Shown: one piece after another, positions 45,333 to 46,891 of the stretch
How the letters are laid out: the number at the start of each line of letters is the position of its first letter
Numbering within the stretch: position 1 is the stretch's first letter
Assembly (NCBI GenBank): GCA_038087875.1
Contig: JAXLNO010000192.1
Coordinates: 1-46,891 of the forward strand
Source: Malacoraja senta
Lineage: Eukaryota
Direction of reading: 5' to 3'
DNA length: 46,891 nucleotides
Position numbers and translations under genes: made by a program
Notes under the pieces: generated by a model
Database searches by the model: none
Seen by the model: the letters and a program-made list of their open reading frames with translations, nothing else
What the model was told of the DNA's origin: nothing

Positions 45333-45682
45333 GCTGGGATGGAGGGGAGAAGCAAGAGGAAGTAATAACTCTGTGTTTTGGCCTATGGGTTGTCAGCCTC
45401 GTTTCCCGGGAGACAGTATAAATGTAAACACATTGATGATGCAGCAGAGTGCTGCAGAGAACAGGCCTAGTGAAGGTCACACAATATAAACAGAGAGATA
45501 GATGGCTTCCCACACAGTGCAGGAGACATTCCTTCAGGACTACACTTCCCAAATGATCCAAGATTCACAAAGCTCAAATGCAAAGCGCACTCTGCTCTGT
45601 TCAATAAATTGCTGAACAACACACAAACAAATATTCACCATTATTGATTCACTTACCTTCACTTTAAGTGAAAATATCCACT

Positions 45683-46152
45683 TTACAAGATTGATCCCAG
45701 GAATGAGTGGGTTAACCTACGATGAGCATTTGTCGGCACTGGGCCTGTACTCGCTGGAGTTTAGAAGAATGAGGGGGGACCTCATTGAAACATACAGAAT
45801 AATGAAAGGCCTGGATAGAGTGGATGTGGAGAGGATGTTTCCACTAGTGGGAGAGTCTAGGACTAGAGGTCACAGCCTCAGAATTAAAGGACGTTCTTTT
45901 AGGAAGATGAGGTGAAATTTCTTTAGTCAGAGGGTGGTGAATCTGTGGAATTCTTTGCCACAGAAGGCTGTGGAGGCCAAGTCAATGGGTATTTTTAAGG
46001 CAGCGATAGATAGATTCTTGATTAGTACGGGTGTCAGAGGTTATGGGGAGAAGGCAAGAGAATGGGGTCAGGAGGGAGAGATAGATCAGCTATGATTGAA
46101 TGGCAGAGTAGACTTGATGGGCCGAATGGCCTAATTCTGCTCCTATCACTTA
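45683..46152 (+). mobile_element. CR1 LINE 3' fragment
   Basis: ORF 45691-45915 gives IPGMSGLTY...LYSLEFRRMRGDLIETY; 3' tail present. Confidence 0.9.
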
Positions 46153-46468
46153 TTTAAAAAATAATTAAATAATTAAAATTGATTATTTAAAGCGGTTTAA
46201 AAACCCAACAGCATTATTGATTCAACAACAAAAAGGAATTGGCTGAGTGTGTCGGAGAGAAATTATAATACTTCAGTTACATCGAGCGTTGTGTAAATCA
46301 GAGATGAATTAATTGGCCATTTACTGCTTGCATGGCCTCGTGTCAAACTAATCCCGTCATTATGGCGTCTGAAATTTCCCAGAGAGAAGCAGATTGTTTC
46401 TAAAGCACAGAAGCCGTCAATAACACAAAGAAACCGTGTACCAAGCTGAGCTTTTAAAAATATATGAT

Positions 46469-46563
46469 GGTAGATAAAAAATGCTGGAGAAACTCAGCGG
46501 GTGAGGCAGCATCTATGGAGCGAAGGAAATAGGTAACCTTTCGGGTCGAGACCCTTCTTCACA
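46469..46563 (-). mobile_element. Solo PLE pLTR fragment with degenerate hammerhead
   Basis: Minus strand reads gtgaagaagggtctcgacccgaaaggttacc...gctgagtttctccagc. Confidence 0.75.
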
Positions 46564-46891
46564 CTAAAAAATAAATATTATGTTTTATAAACAAATAAAT
46601 TACAGCAAGCAACTCAATATTATGAAAGGTTGAACATGCACCGTGATCAAGGATCACTTCATTCCCCTCCTTGCTGCAGAGATTCCTGCCAGCCCCATTG
46701 TCAGCACAGCAGTCTGTTCCATCCCTCTGACTCCGCACCGTCTACTTTTACTTGGCCTTGTCTTTTCTAATTAGTTCCTGAATTATTTTCTCTGCCTTTT
46801 TATTCACTCATTTCCAACATCTCTCAGCTCTCACCAGGCTGCTTTCTAAAAGCAAGCCAAAGATCTAAGGAGCAGAGATCACCCACACACC

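Noticed and set aside
45650..45690. Strong minus-strand donor AAG|GTAAGT
   Set aside because: The upstream segment runs into a CR1 fragment within about 30 nt, so no acceptor or coherent exon can be defined.

Overview
This is eukaryotic, repeat-dominated DNA, not prokaryotic. The repeat families indicate a cartilaginous fish, most likely a skate or ray: HE1-like V-SINEs, CR1-type LINEs with elasmobranch-style tails, Rex1/Babar, RTE and Penelope-like elements (PLE). I cannot confidently identify a host protein-coding gene. The window reads as intergenic DNA or a large intron, with a few weak exon candidates and several unique AT-rich blocks. The only convincing long CDS is an uninterrupted CR1 ORF2 (APE endonuclease plus RT, 26797-29772) whose endonuclease motif GDFN reads GNFN. 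The most interesting system is Penelope-derived. A GIY-YIG PLE 3' fragment with a 12-bp TSD carries a minimal hammerhead-ribozyme motif (CUGAAGA...GAAACGUC). About 20 short derivatives of its terminal repeat are scattered through the window. Eight loci carry tandem arrays of a 66-bp unit that starts at the ribozyme's GAAACGUC half. Four of these arrays share the same complex palindromic insert, which implies a composite non-autonomous element that has spread as a unit. Also present: a 45-bp minisatellite born inside a Rex1 ORF, a hAT MITE with an 8-bp TSD, a Harbinger-like TIR pair, a bipartite RTE-derived element with a TSD, and many hairpin-containing minisatellites. Family names come from motif recognition by eye, not database searches, and boundaries are approximate unless a TSD is quoted.
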